A stretch of DNA of 64,000 nt. It comes from Octopus vulgaris (lineage: Eukaryota). The notes beneath the pieces are model-generated. The model searched no databases. It was not told the DNA's origin and saw nothing but the letters and a program-made list of their open reading frames with translations. Below, piece by piece: positions 27,523-41,182 of the stretch; position 1 is the first letter of the stretch; each line of letters starts with the position of its first letter. Location: the NCBI GenBank assembly GCA_951406725.2, contig OX597814.1:188604001-188668000 (forward strand), given 5' to 3'. Both the position numbers and the translations under genes were made by a program.

Positions 27523-27569
<47 letters not shown>

Positions 27570-27949
27570 CTGTACATACTATGTGTGTGTATGTATTTGT
27601 CTTTGTGTTTGTGCTTTTCCCATTCCATCACCTGACAATCCGTTTTGGTTTGATTACGTACCCATAACCTAATAATTCCGAGAGAATAAGTGCCAGATTT
27701 TAATAAAAATAAGTACTGGAGTCAATTTGATCGACTAGACCCTTGAAGACGGTGCCACCAGCATGACCATAGTGTTATGACTGAAACCTGTAAAAGACAA
27801 AAATAATATGTAATTCTTGTGTTCACCATAATTTAAAATGTTTAAAGCCATCTTGATTTTATTAAACCCATGATTTTTCCGCCCTATCCTTATTTCACAC
27901 AGCTATTCATCCAAGTTGCTTCCTTTTCCTAATATAAAATATGACTGAG

Positions 27950-28300
27950 AGCGACGAGCTGGCAGAAACGTTAGCACGCCGGGCGAAATGCTGAGCGGTA
28001 TTTCGTCTGCCGCTACGCTCTGAGTTCAAATTCCGCCGAGGTCGACTTTGCCTTTCATCCTTTCGGGATTGATAAATTAAGTACCAGTTACGCACTGGTG
28101 TCGATGTAATCGACTTAATCCGTTTGTCTGTCCTTGTTTGTCCCCTTTGTGTTTAGCCCCTTGTGGGTAGTAAAGAAATAGGTATTTCTTCTGCCGTTAC
28201 GTTCTGGGTTCAAATTCCGCCGAGATCAACTTAATCCGTTTGTCTGTCCTTGTTTGTCCCCTCTATGTTTAGCCCCTTGTGGACAGTAAAGAAATAAGAA
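27950..28300 (+). mobile_element. SINE family B, two units
   Basis: Consensus match; flanking duplication ataaaatatgact. Confidence 0.9.
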
Positions 28301-28518
28301 ATAAGAATAATAAAATATGACTAAAACACTCTCTAATGAAAATTAGTCAATAAAGAAAGGCAATAAGATTAGTGTTAGCCAATACGAAAGGCAAGCTAAT
28401 GTGATGAATCTGAATCCTTACGCGGTCCATTGTCCTGCTAGAATTAGCGGATAGATCGTTCTGAAATCACACACCCAATAAATTCACACTTATAAATCAA
28501 AACCACACTTATAATATA

Positions 28519-28739
28519 TGTTTCTTTATTACCTACAAGGGGCTAAACATAGAGGGGACAAACAAGGACAGACAAACGAATTAAGTCGATTACATCGACC
28601 CCAGTGCGTAACTGGTACTTAATTTATCGACCCCGAAAGGATGAAAGGCAAAGCCGACCTCGGCAAAATTTGAACTCAGAACGTAACGGCAGACGAAACA
28701 CGGCTACGCATTTCGCCCGGTTCTGCCAGCTCACCGCCT
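28519..28739 (-). mobile_element. SINE family B
   Basis: Consensus match; flanking duplication cacttataatata. Confidence 0.9.
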
Positions 28740-28882
28740 TAGTCACTTATAATATAACCACACTTTGGATGATATATTTTGCTGTCAGAATAAACAATGG
28801 ATAACCACGACTAGAATATTGTTATTTGCTGACATGGTGGTAAACGACATGAACCACAACTTCCGTTATTTAGCGCCATCAA

Positions 28883-29140
28883 GGCGGCGAGCTGGCAGGA
28901 GCGTTAGTGCATAGAGCAAAATGCTTAGCTGGCGGCGAGCAGGCGGGAACGTTAGTGCATAGGGCAAAATGCTTATCTGCAATTCGTCCGTCTTTATGTT
29001 CTGAATTCAAATTCTGTCGAGGTCGACTTGGCCTTTCATCCTTTCGAGGTTGATAAAATAAGTACAAGTCATATACTGGGGTCGATGTAATCGCCTCCTA
29101 CCCCTCAAAAACTGCTGGTCCTGTGCAAAAATACGAAACC
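28883..29140 (+). mobile_element. SINE family B, duplicated head, alternative tail
   Basis: ggcggcgagc head repeated at 28930. Confidence 0.85.
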
Positions 29141-29183
29141 CGTTTTAGCTTCATTCAACTAGTCTAGGAGTTAGAAAACTATT

Positions 29184-29360
29184 GAGCAAATTAAATATTT
29201 AAGAGCTACGAACAAAGAAACCAACAAGAGTTGCAAGAAATAACAGTCAAAACATTAAAATATACACGAGGAAAGTTAATATTAAAACATTCGCGAGCAA
29301 ATTAAATATTTAAAGCTACGAACAAGCCAACAGGAGTTGCTAGAAATAACAGTCAAAACG
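29184..29360. repeat. Imperfect tandem duplication, period about 110 bp
   Basis: gagcaaattaaatatttaa..gctacgaacaa..gaaataacagtcaaaac occurs twice. Confidence 0.8.
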
Positions 29361-29894
29361 TTGTTTAAACCAGACATTTATTATTTGAAAAAATTTAAGA
29401 ACTAAAGTTTGCAATACGCTCTAAGATTTTATAAAATAAATGATCTTTCTCGTATCTTCTTCTTCACATAAATTCACAAATATAAGAATCAACCATGCCC
29501 AGATACTTTCAATTTGTTGAGTGTGAGTCCCATCTGTTATGAAAGCAAATAATTATAGAACAAATGGTGATTACACTCCTTGTGCGCATGCGCAGCATCT
29601 TTGGTTACTATAGAAACAGAGTTCTTCGCACTCAGCTATGAAACACGCGGTGCTTCTTTGGTTTGGTTACTATAGAAGCAGACTTCTTCGTCAAGGTTAT
29701 GTCTAAAATATTCATTTCTGATTGGCTAAAGTACCCAAATTTTGCAAATTTTAAAAGCTAATAATTTCTTAATTATGGATATATAAAGAAAGTGAATTTC
29801 ATTTTTATAATTAGTATACAAAACTTAATCTATATACCAAATTTGGAAACAATTGGAACAGAATCGAAAACAAGGAAGAAAACCACAAAGATCC

Positions 29895-30210
29895 GTTCCA
29901 GTCATTAAACTTCGGCCATGCTGGGTAAGGCCTAGTGTTTATCCTGTGGGACCCTTTGGCCGAACCGCTAAGTTACGGAGACGTAAACACACTAACACCG
30001 GCTGTGAAGTGGTAGGGTGGAGGCAAACAGAGACACAAAGACGTACACACACATGAACACGCACACACACACTCACATACCACACACACACACACACACA
30101 CATACATACGTATATACGACAGGGTTCTTCCAGTTTCCGTCTATCAAATCCACTCACCCCAGGCTATAGTGGAAGAATCGACCTTAGGTGCCACGTAGTA
30201 GGACGGAACC
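29895..30210 (-). mobile_element. Degenerate SINE family A
   Basis: Partial consensus match. Confidence 0.8.
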
Positions 30211-30298
30211 CGCCTAAGTCTATATATATGTGTATGTATGTATACATACATATATATATATATGTACACACACACGCATACACACACACACACACACA

Positions 30299-30353
<55 letters not shown>

Positions 30354-30581
30354 GGACATGTGAACAATTTTGCATTGATCTGAAGGGTTACTCCATAATT
30401 TTTTTGAATAAAAATTTATTATTCTTTAACAACAATAGTACTGACATGGACTTCGAAGTCTTGACCAGCTTAGCCATCATCGGACTGCGTACATACATAC
30501 ATGTATACACACACTCACACACACACACACATATACATGCATACATAAACACATATGCATCAGAGCGTACGTGCGTATATG

Positions 30582-30799
30582 TATTTCACTACTGCCCACA
30601 AGGGGCTAGACACAGAGGGGACAAACGGATTATGTCGATTACATCGACCCCAGGGCGTAACTGGTACTTAGTTTATCGACCCCGAAAAGGATGAAAGGCA
30701 AAGTCGACCTCGGCGGAATTTGAACTCAGAACGTAACGGCAGACGAAATACGGCTACGCATTTCGCCCGGCGTGCTAACGAGTCTGCCAGCTCGCCGCC
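30582..30799 (-). mobile_element. SINE family B
   Basis: Consensus match. Confidence 0.9.
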
Positions 30800-31396
30800 T
30801 TTATATACGTGCGTATATGTATATGTGGTTGGGTGTGCACGTGTGTATGTGTGGGTGGGTGTGCACGTGTGTATGTGTGAATTTGTGTGCGTGCGTTTAG
30901 GAAAAAAAGCATAAAATACCACCTACGCAATTTACAACTTCCTATGAAAAGGAAAACAATTCCTCTCTGTTATTTAAGAAGGTAGGTTGAGACGATATAC
31001 AATGTAATGGTGAACAAGTTCTCTGAACTGTGAACTACAAAAACAAAGAAAAAAAAAAGGGAAATTAAAAAGTCTGAGAAATTAGTCACATTTATATAGA
31101 AGTCATTTTTTTTATATGAGTCATATCTATTATGTTTTATGGTGTAAATTTGGATTAAACAAAACCTGTGGAAATAGATAAAAGTGTCACATAATTAGGC
31201 ATTATAGAGACAAGAATATTTCACAGAATATTTAGCAATGATACATATAATTAGAGAATATGTGATACTTTTCCCTGCATGAGATGTTACATGAACTGTT
31301 TTTAAACACTAATTCATGCACAGTAATACTAATGTACGTATAAGATTTGTGTAATGGAACTGTCAATAGGGAATATTGAGTTTTTTTTAACAATTC

Positions 31397-31551
31397 CTGT
31401 GGCTGTGTGATAAGAAGCTTATGTCCCATCGATATGGTTCCAGGTTCAGTCCAACTTCGCGGCACATTGCGCAAGTGCCTTCTACTATAATCTCTACTAT
31501 AAAGCCTTGTGAGTGGATTTGATAGACGGAAACTGATAGAAACCCGTCGCG

Positions 31552-31626
<75 letters not shown>

Positions 31627-31810
31627 TTATTTATCTGTCTATCTGTCTGTCTGTCTGTCTGTCTGTCTCTCAGTATGTATATATGTATGCATGTATGTAT
31701 GTATGTATGTATGTATGTATGTATGTATGTATGTATAATATATATATGCATATATTTTTACGTTTGTCCTCCCCGTACCATGCCTTGACAACCGATGCTG
31801 GTGTGTTTAT
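31397..31810 (+). mobile_element. Degenerate SINE A with expanded (TATC)n and (TATG)n
   Basis: Head and start of 3' half recognisable. Confidence 0.75.
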
Positions 31811-31944
31811 TTCTATAAATTGCCTTTGACGTTATATCTATTAACGTTTTTTTTTTTAAATAACTTACCAGCGTTCCCTTCTTTATACATGTAGTAATTA
31901 CATTCGGTTAAAATGTCTTACTGATGCGTTTTGTCTCTCTTTCT

Positions 31945-32030
31945 TTCCCTGATGAGAAGATTGCATTGTTTTACATCATTTTATTCCTTCTGGAATAAGA
32001 CCAATGTTTTCTTCGAAACATATGTCGGAA
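31945..32030 (+). ncRNA. Minimal type I hammerhead ribozyme motif
   Basis: ttcc CTGATGA gaaga..tcttc GAAA catatg TC ggaa; GUC site; long stem II with inner cattg/caatg and ttattcc/ggaataa; 36 bp upstream of (TA)n. Confidence 0.87.
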
Positions 32031-32759
32031 GTATAAAGATTTGAACAACACCTGCGTTTAATTCCATATATATATATATTTATATATATATATATATAAT
32101 TAAATAAGGCTAGAAATTGATATTAATCAATTAAAACCAGTGGCTTAGCATATTTAAAAAAATCCGAAGATTAAAAATTGTTTTACATACAAAATTTAGA
32201 GGACTGACCACTAAAAGTGGACAGCCTATATGCTAAACATAGACGTCAAATCGCCATTACCACGAAGAATGTGTTCTCATGAAAAATCTCAATAAAAAAC
32301 CAAAATGCAAAAATAAGCAAGACAAATGAAAATATACGAAATAAAAAACGATTACCTATGTACCATTGGTTTCACTTGTTAATATTTACGTACATGGACA
32401 CGCAACTATCTGCAAGGTCATCAGTCTCTATATAAAGACGACGTATGAGCGTTCAGATTTTGCCGAACGACTTGCACAAATGATTTGTTCATAGTGATCA
32501 ATTGTCCATACCGCATATTAGCACACTCTCTTCATCAAATCGGTGATTGTCTGAACAGATGCACGGAGTACCACGCGTGAGGTATCGAAGTTATCGCAGA
32601 GCAACGCGTGATGTAGTTTTTTGCTCAAGAACACAACACACCACCCAGTCTATGTATTGAAATCACGATCGCTATATCGCGAGCGCAACACCTTAACCAT
32701 TAAGCCATGCGCCCTCACACACACACACGCAAACACAGATATATGTGTATGTATGTATG

Positions 32760-33042
32760 TGATCACCATCAGATGTTGTTACACATCGCTGGTCACAATG
32801 CGTTCGCATTATTTTAGCCTTCGTATGACGCCACTCCGCTAAGCGACCAGGCCAACAGAAGAAAGAGTGAGAGAAAGAGTGGTGAAAGAGTACAGCAGGG
32901 ATCACCACCCCCTGCCGGAGCCTCGTGGAGCCTTTTAGGTGTTTTCGCTCAATAAACACTCACAACGCCCAGTCTGGGAATCGAAACCGCGATCCTGCGA
33001 CCGCGAGTCCGCTGCCCTAACCACTAGGTCATTGCGCCTCCA
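32760..33042 (-). mobile_element. SINE family D
   Basis: Homologous to 2408-2709; adjacent C-type head remnant at about 32590-32716. Confidence 0.88.
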
Positions 33043-33619
33043 CATGTATGTATGTATGTATGTATGTATATTGTTGGCTTTAAGCTCGTTAACTCGAAGA
33101 AAGATTTTCTGATAAAACCCACTTATTTACAAACGGAGAATGTGTACACTTTTCCTTAGGTTGCAAGCCGTTCTAGTTATAACAATAACGAGCTTGGAAA
33201 TACTCAAAGGAGACACACAGCAGATATACAGCAGACTAGACGAAGCGGAACACCCAAAGACTGGCTTTCTAGAACTATCTGTATGCAAAGCTTCTCATTC
33301 CATTTTTCATATCAGAATCCCTCTCTTTATTTTACATTGAATATATACGAGGGTATTAAGTAAATACGCGTGTAATATATAAGGTTAGCGTGTGTCTGTA
33401 TGCATAGATATGGGTGTTTGAATTACGTCGATGCAGGTCTGTCTGAAAATTGTTTTTACAAATCCTGAACTGAGGTTGATATTGCTATATATATCTATGT
33501 ATTTTTGTTTTGATATGGGGACCACCAGATGAGATGGTGTATTTACGTGCACTGCACTCCTTGCTCTTTTACTGCAGTCAAAGTCAGTCTCATGTCTGGG
33601 TCAACAGCATTAGCTGTAC

Positions 33620-33689
<70 letters not shown>

Positions 33690-33743
33690 TTTGTAAATCC
33701 TTGTGTGTATCACTATCAGCTATTTATATATACACATACATAT

Positions 33744-33848
<105 letters not shown>

Positions 33849-34304
33849 TACACAGATATATATATCCATATATATATGTAAATTATATATATATATATAT
33901 ATATATATAAGAGAGAGAGAGAGAGATAAATAAATTATGTATAATAGAGAGTGTGTGTGTATGTATGTACGGATGTATGTATGTATGCATGTAGGCATGT
34001 ATGCATCTATGTGTGGATGTATATATGCATGCGTTTTTGCAAGTATATCTGTGAAGTTCAGAAGTTCGTTCCGTATCTACGAAGCTCCGAGTTTGATCTT
34101 GTGTCACACCCTCTTTGGGCAAGTGTCTTTCCTGTTGTCTCACGTTAACCAGTGTCTTTCGAGTGGAATGTGGCAGCCACAAACACTGTGGAGAAGCTTA
34201 ACCTATATCACATGCCTATTGTAGCCTTGCTTTATTGCAAGACTGAAACAACAAAATTGTAAGAAGAGAACAGGCAAAAAAAAAGAAGAAGATAACCAAC
34301 CATA

Positions 34305-34977
34305 GGCGCAGGAGTGGCTGTGTGGTAAGTAGCTTGCTAACCAACCACATGGTTCCGGGTTCAGTCCCACTGCGTGGCACCTTGGGCCAGTGTCTTCTGC
34401 TATAGCCCCGGGCCGACCAATGCCTTGTGAGTGGATTTGGTAGACGGAAACTGAAAGAAGCCTGTCGTATATATGTATATATATATAAGTGTGTGTGTAT
34501 ATGTTTGTGTGTCTGTGTTTGTCCCCCTAGCATTGCTTGACAACCGATGCTGGTGTGTTTACGTCCCCGTCACTTAGCGGTTCGGCAAAAGAGACCGATA
34601 GAATAAGTACTGGGCTTGCAAAAAAGAATAAGTCCCGCCGGGGTCGATTTGCTCGACTAAAAAAAAGGCGGTGCTCCAGCATGGCCGCAGTCAAATGACT
34701 GAAACAAGTAAAAGAGTAAAGAGTAAGAGTAATGTATGTGTGTGTTTGTGTGTCTGTGTTTGTCCCCCTAGCATTGCTTGACAACCGATGCTGGTGTGTT
34801 TACGTCCCCGTCACTTAGCGGTTCGGCAAAAAGAGACCGATAGAATAAGTACTGGGCTTACAAAAAAGAATAAGTCCCGCCGGGGTCGATTTGCTCGACT
34901 TTAGTAAAAGGCGGTGCTCCAGCATGGCCGCAGTCAAATGACTGAAACAAGTAAAAGAGTAAAGAGTAAAGAGTAAA
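34305..34977 (+). mobile_element. SINE family A with duplicated 3' half
   Basis: Tail module repeated at about 34500-34730 and 34740-34977; long flanking duplication. Confidence 0.92.
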
Positions 34978-35519
34978 GGTAGGCAAAAAAAAAAAAATAG
35001 AAGATAACCAACTCATAATGATAACCAACCTTGATAACAAGCAAATCTGAAATTCAGCGAACTCACCATTTCGTATTTAAAGTTAAAACTTCTCAGCCAA
35101 TTACGTAATCTTTTAATTTCCTCCTGAATCACAATAGAACTAAAGACGCTGATGATAAACAAACTTAACTGTTAAATAATAACAAACTATAATTGCTAAA
35201 TTGATAGTTAAGGAAATTCTTAATTGACGACGCGTCTGACATACGTACAGGCATATACGCACCCATTAATACACACACACACACACACACACACAGAGAA
35301 CTAATAAAAACAAAGCCTGTTCGTATTTTACGTATTTGAGCTTGTTTTTGCTTGCCTAGGTCTGAAAGAATATTTGTAGAGATATGGAGCTACCACGAAA
35401 GAAACTGCTGTGATAATGATTTGGAACTGAAGTCTTTAACTTGTTGATATTTGCTGCCATGTTTCTGAGAAATTTATTATTCGCAGCACACGGCTCCGTT
35501 GATAAAATTTACATTCTTT

Positions 35520-36322
35520 TATTCTTTTCTACTCTAGGCAAAAGGCCCGAAATTTTTGGGGAGGAGGGGGCCAATCGATTAGATCGACCCCAGGACGCAA
35601 CTGGTACTTAGTTTATCGAGCTCGAAAGGATAAAAGGCAAAGTCGACCTCGGCGGAATTTGAACTCAGAACGTAGAGACAGACGAAATACCTACTTCTTT
35701 ACTACTCACAAGGAGCTACATACAGAGGGGACAAACAAGGATAGACAAACGGATTAAGTCGATTATATCGACCCCAGTGCGTAACTGGTACGTATTTAAT
35801 CGACCCCGAAAGGATGAAAGGCGAAGTCGACCACGGCGGAATTTGAACTCAGAACGTAGAGACAGACGAAATACCTATTTCTTTACTACCCACAAGGGGC
35901 TCAACACAGAGAGGATAAACAAGTACAGACAAACGGATTAAGTCCATAATATCGACCCCAGTGCGTAACTGGTACTTAATTTATCAACCCCGAAAGGATG
36001 AAAGGCAAAGTCGACCTCGGCGGAATTTGAACTCAGAACATAACGGCAGACGAAATACGGCTACGCATTTCGCCCGGCGTGCTAACGTTTCTTATTTCTT
36101 TACTGCCCACAAGGGGCTACACACAGAGGGGACAAACAAGGACAGACAAACGGATTAAGTCGATTATATCGACCCCAGTACGTAACTGGTACTTACTTAA
36201 TCGACCCCGAAAGTATGAAAGGCAAAGTCGACCTCGGCAGAATTTGAACTCAGAACGTAGCGGCAGACGAAATACTGCTAAGGATTTCGCCTGGCGTGCT
36301 AACGTTTCTGCTAGCTCGCCAC
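35520..36322 (-). mobile_element. SINE family B tandem array, four units
   Basis: Repeated units; the 3'-most unit carries the alternative tail. Confidence 0.92.
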
Positions 36323-37676
36323 CTTCGACCTACACAGTTCCTATTCATGAAATTAACCTGAAAGCGTGTAAGTATCCCACAGATACATGTACACCTATGG
36401 AAGTTATCGGACCGAGTCAGTCAGACACAACCTGAGAGAAAGAAAGAGAAGAACCAAATCGAGTATTGGTATTTCATTTATTGTTCCCGAAAGGATGAAA
36501 GGCAAAGCTGACATCGGCATGATTTGAACCCAGAGCTCAGAGAGCCGATAGGAATACCGCAACGATGTAACGATTCTGCTAATTCGGTACTTTTTTAAAC
36601 AAAAGTATGGAAGACACAATAGCGCTGTTATGTTTTTAATTCGGGAAAGAAATGTAAGTATAACGGAATAGAAACTGTTTGATGATTAAATTATAAAACT
36701 GCAATCTAAAGTTTTTAATTCAACCACGAAAATCTATTGAGTACGATCTTATCGGTGTGAAAGTGTTTAAAAGGAGTTTTGTGACAGTTAATTGTTTTAT
36801 TTTATGCGTGACAGGCACTACAGAATTAGCAACCGGTCCACCTCAAGGGATCACTTTCGAGATAGACCTAATTACACTTACCTTCAGATTAGTAAATCTC
36901 TTGTGAAACATATGAACATAAACTATTCCCATATGGCACTTTCCGAAAATTTAACGCCTTTATGGTCTGCCAATATTGTGTTCAAATATATATTTTAAAA
37001 TAAAGAAGGGAAGATAGTCGAGACATTTAGGCACTGTACTAAACACTTTCCATTAATAATTTTCATTATACACGGTCTTGAGTTCAAAAACTTTCGTTAC
37101 TGATTTTACCTTTCATCGTTCTAAGAGCGATCAAATATTTATCATTCAGTCGATAATAAATGCCCCATTGCAACCTTTTTCTGGTTTCTTATTAAATGAA
37201 ATCAATAATTCAAGCAGTGTTACGTCTCTTTGCATTCGGTGTTCATATTCTGCTGAAACTAACTGCCTTCATTTCTTCAGTGTCGATAAAATAAGATATT
37301 CTACTTCATGGTCACCCCATCTTTAATTTTCAGGTATAGTGTATGCATTATCACGTTATCCATTGTATTCTTTTTGTGATTCGGATGCATGCAGAACAAC
37401 TATGAATGGGATACGTTATCCTCTAGTTATATTTCTGTTGTCTATACTATAATAAAGAAAGCTGCTTATGCATTTCTTTGGAGTGTGTAGCTTTTATTTT
37501 CAAAGTCTACAGTGTCTAGAAAATACTTTAAAATTCTAATTTATATATATATATATATATCAAGTAGGTACTGTAAATTTAGGGTGAATACTTGATAAGT
37601 GTAAGCACCTGTATATGCCAGATAGTGGCAGAGGTGAGAGAGAATATATCAAATAAAATTAAGAACAGAACACAAA

Positions 37677-37715
<39 letters not shown>

Positions 37716-37797
37716 TGTATGTATGTATGTATGTATGTATGTATGTATGTATGTATGTATGTATGTATGTATGTATGTATGTACATTGCGGAACTGT

Positions 37798-38185
37798 TAT
37801 CGGGCGAAATGCGTAGCTGTATTTCGTCTGCCGTTACGTTCTGAGTTCAAATTCCGCCGAGGTCGATTTTGCCTTTCATCCTTTCGGGGTCGTTAAATTA
37901 AGTACCAGTTACGCACTAGGGTCGATGTAATCGACTTAATGCCTATATCTGTCCTTGTTTGTCCCCTCTGTGTTTAGCCCCTTGTGGGTAATAAAGAAAT
38001 ATGTATTTCGTCTGCCGTTACGTTCTGAGTTCAAATTCCGCCGAGGTTGACTTTGCCTTTCATCCTTTCGGGGTCGATTAAATAAGTACCAGTTACGCAT
38101 AGGGGTCGATGTAATCGACTTAATCCCATTGTCTGTCCTTGTTTGTCCCCTCTGTGTTTAGCCCCTTGTGGGTAGTAAAGAAATA
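37798..38185 (+). mobile_element. SINE family B, two units
   Basis: Consensus match. Confidence 0.9.
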
Positions 38186-38207
38186 TTTTAATGAGTTATA
38201 TCTATTT

Positions 38208-38310
38208 ATCACCTGAAGAGACACATCTGCACCGTCGGATGCTCCTGAACCAGTTAAGTATCTCATCTGTGAGAGATCGATGTTAATTGTGACGAAACAA
38301 TTGTCATGAT
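38208..38310 (+). ncRNA. Minimal type I hammerhead ribozyme motif
   Basis: atcac CTGAAGA gacaca..tgtgac GAAA caattg TC atgat; palindromic stem III, GUC site, one mismatch each in stems I and II. Confidence 0.78.
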
Positions 38311-38858
38311 TAATAAAAAAATTCTTGTATCTTCCATCTTCCGTCTTTCATTTACTATACACGCACGCACACACACACGCGCGCGCACAGACACACATCA
38401 AAATGTTGATTTGAAGACCCTTTTTTTTTATTGAAATTGCAAGTCAGAAACATAATTTTAATTCGCTGCGAGTTACAGTTTTTCGACCTCTAGAAAAGAT
38501 CAGGGTTGCCCACATTATTCAAACGTTACTTTCTATAGACTTATCACTGAAAAACGTTTCTCCAAATTATAAGTGTAATCTAGCGTCATCGAAAGTCATG
38601 TTGGTTCTAGTATCCTTTCATATTTGTTAGGTGTTCTTAAAGAAACAAAAACCTGAAGAGGGAACGGTATATTAACTTACGTCAATTGTACAAAATATAA
38701 ACTTGTTTCATTTTTTCTTGTAACTAAAGTATTTGATTGTTCTACACGATGTTTTTGATTTAAAAAAATAGTCATTATAGGAGATTGTTACAGCACATGA
38801 TAAGGACCAAAACATGAAAGCCTTTATATATTTCCAACACTTAATTCAGATCGTGTTA

Positions 38859-39369
38859 TCGTAAATCCTCGAGTATAGTCCGCCAGTGAGTATAATACGC
38901 AGGGAATTTTTAGGGGGCTGTACCTCTGAAAAACCTAAACCTTGTGTATAATACGCACCCCTTCTCTAACTTGAGTCGTGCGTAATTAAGCCAGCAGCAC
39001 CTAATCGAACAAACACTTCTGCGCATGCGTAACACAATGATGGTGATGTTCTTAACTGTTATATGGGAATGTAAATATGTTAGCAAATTGTTTTTGTTAC
39101 CTGTTATTCTGTGTTCTGAATACTTTTATTTTAATAAATGATGCTTACTGCAAGTTATGGATGATTCTTTTATGACTTCATTGCTTTCAGGTATTTTCGC
39201 AGCCGACATCACTAAATACGTCTGAACAAACATTACTGGACTGCAAATAGAGACACAGACATTGCTTAGAAAATATTTTTCATTTTCAAACCTCGTATAT
39301 AATACGCACTAGGGATTTTGACCTTTAAATTTTTGGGAAAAAATGTGGATTATACTCGAGGATTTACGG
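38859..39369. mobile_element. Tc2/pogo-like MITE
   Basis: TIRs cgtaaatcctcgagtata and tatactcgaggatttacg; TA on both flanks; internal tataatacgca three times. Confidence 0.88.
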
Positions 39370-39569
39370 TAATGCTAAAATGTACAGATATGTATATGTC
39401 GACGACAGAGAATTAATGCAGAGGAAATAATAAGTACTGTTGAACGAATAAAGGGTACAAAGGAAAATTTGACAGCAAATCGCAAAAGTTACAGAAATTC
39501 AGAATCAAATCTGTAAATATTATTTAGCGAATAGCCGAAAACCGCTTCCCGGCAGTGTTTCTTCTTGTA

Positions 39570-39992
39570 TTACTCTTTTTACTCTCTTTTACTTGTTTCA
39601 GTCATTTGACTGCGGCCATGCTGGAGCATCGCCTTTAGTCGAGCAAATCGACCCCGGGACTTATTCTTTGTAAGCCCAGTACTTATTCTATCGGTCTCTT
39701 TTGCCGAACCGCTAAGTGACGGGGACGTAAACACACCAGCATCGGTTGTCAAGCAATGCTAGGGGGACAAACACAGACACACAAACACACGCACACATAC
39801 ATACATATATATATATATACACATATATACGACGGGCTTCTTTCAATTTCCGTCTACCAAATCCACTCACAAGGCATTGGTCGGCCCGGGGCTATAGCAG
39901 AAGACACTTGCCCAAGATGCCACGTAGTGGGACTGAACCCGGAACCATGTGGCTGGTAAGCAAGCTACTTACCACACAGCCACTCCTGCGCC
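39570..39992 (-). mobile_element. SINE family A
   Basis: Full-length consensus match. Confidence 0.92.
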
Positions 39993-40989
39993 TATTGGTA
40001 ATAAAGTTATCAAAGTTAAATTCAAACGCTATCAGTGTCAATTTTATCTTTTATAACTTTCCTTAAATATGTGGTCTTGTACCAAAAACAGACATCAGTA
40101 GTGGGATTACGTATATATTCATTCTTTCTTTAGCTCTACTCTAATTTTTCGGAAATTGTATTAAGTAATTCAGTACCAGCTGTGTTATATTAGGGCTGCA
40201 AATTGGCAGAATCATATGAACGTATGAAAAGAATATCCATGTGGTGTTTGTCCCAGCTCTTCTTGTTCTGAGTTTAAATGTGGTGAGGATCAACGATGTC
40301 CGTCGTCCTTCCAGAGTCAATAAAATTAGTACCTATTTCTTTACTACCCACAAGGGGATCTTGAGATCGATTCAATCGACTAAATTCCTACACTCCACTT
40401 TAAAAAAATGTTACCGTGTTTCTATATTAGAAATTATACGAACTGGTTGTATCCGCTATTGTTATAAATATTGCTTGATATGAAAACCTAAGCGTATAAT
40501 TTAATGTCAGAGGAAACGTTCAACATTCAGATTGTATGCTTGTGTGATTAACATGCTTGTGTAACTTGCATGCTTATGTGTTTGGCATGCTTATGTGGTT
40601 GGTATTCCTTAGTAAAAATAGCAGAGCGACAAATTATATTTTAATAAATAACGCGTAACTTCTACAAATAAACTCTAAAACTATACTGAAACCTATTAAA
40701 TTTCTCGGTTGGCGATAAAGGTTTTCTGCTATTAAGTTGGTAGGTGTTGCAGAAAATTCCTGATGAGTTAAGAGCAGTGAGGAGAGTAGGAGAGGGATGA
40801 ACTAAAAAAAATATTATCGGACTCCTAAATCAAAGCAATGATTATTTCCATCCAGACACACGGTGTAATATCCATGAGCTCGGACATTTTTCTCTCAGTG
40901 TTTTAACGCTGAATAGCTGTGCATGGGAAGTAGAGTATATTTAAATACTGTAAGCGGCACAAAACTACGATTTTTTTTCTATTTATAGC

Positions 40990-41182
40990 AGGAGCCCTAA
41001 AATTTTGAGATAGGCGGGGGTTAGTCGTTTTCATCGACCCTAGTGCTCAACTTATTTCATCGACTCCGAAAAGATGAAAGGAAAAGAGGACCTCGGCGGA
41101 ATTTGAACTCAGAACATAAAACCGGGAGAAAGACCGCTAAATATTTTATTCATTGTGCAGACAATTCTACCAGCTCGCCGCC
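40990..41182 (-). mobile_element. Degenerate SINE family B
   Basis: gacctcggcggaatttgaactcagaac core. Confidence 0.75.

Larger units (their letters stand above)
24591..27525 (+). mobile_element. Penelope-like element, 5'-truncated, with inverted pseudo-LTR
   Basis: Near-identical inverted arms 24636-25646 and 26515-27525; 45 bp extension on the left arm; (TA)n both sides; RT plus GIY-YIG ORF. Confidence 0.93.
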
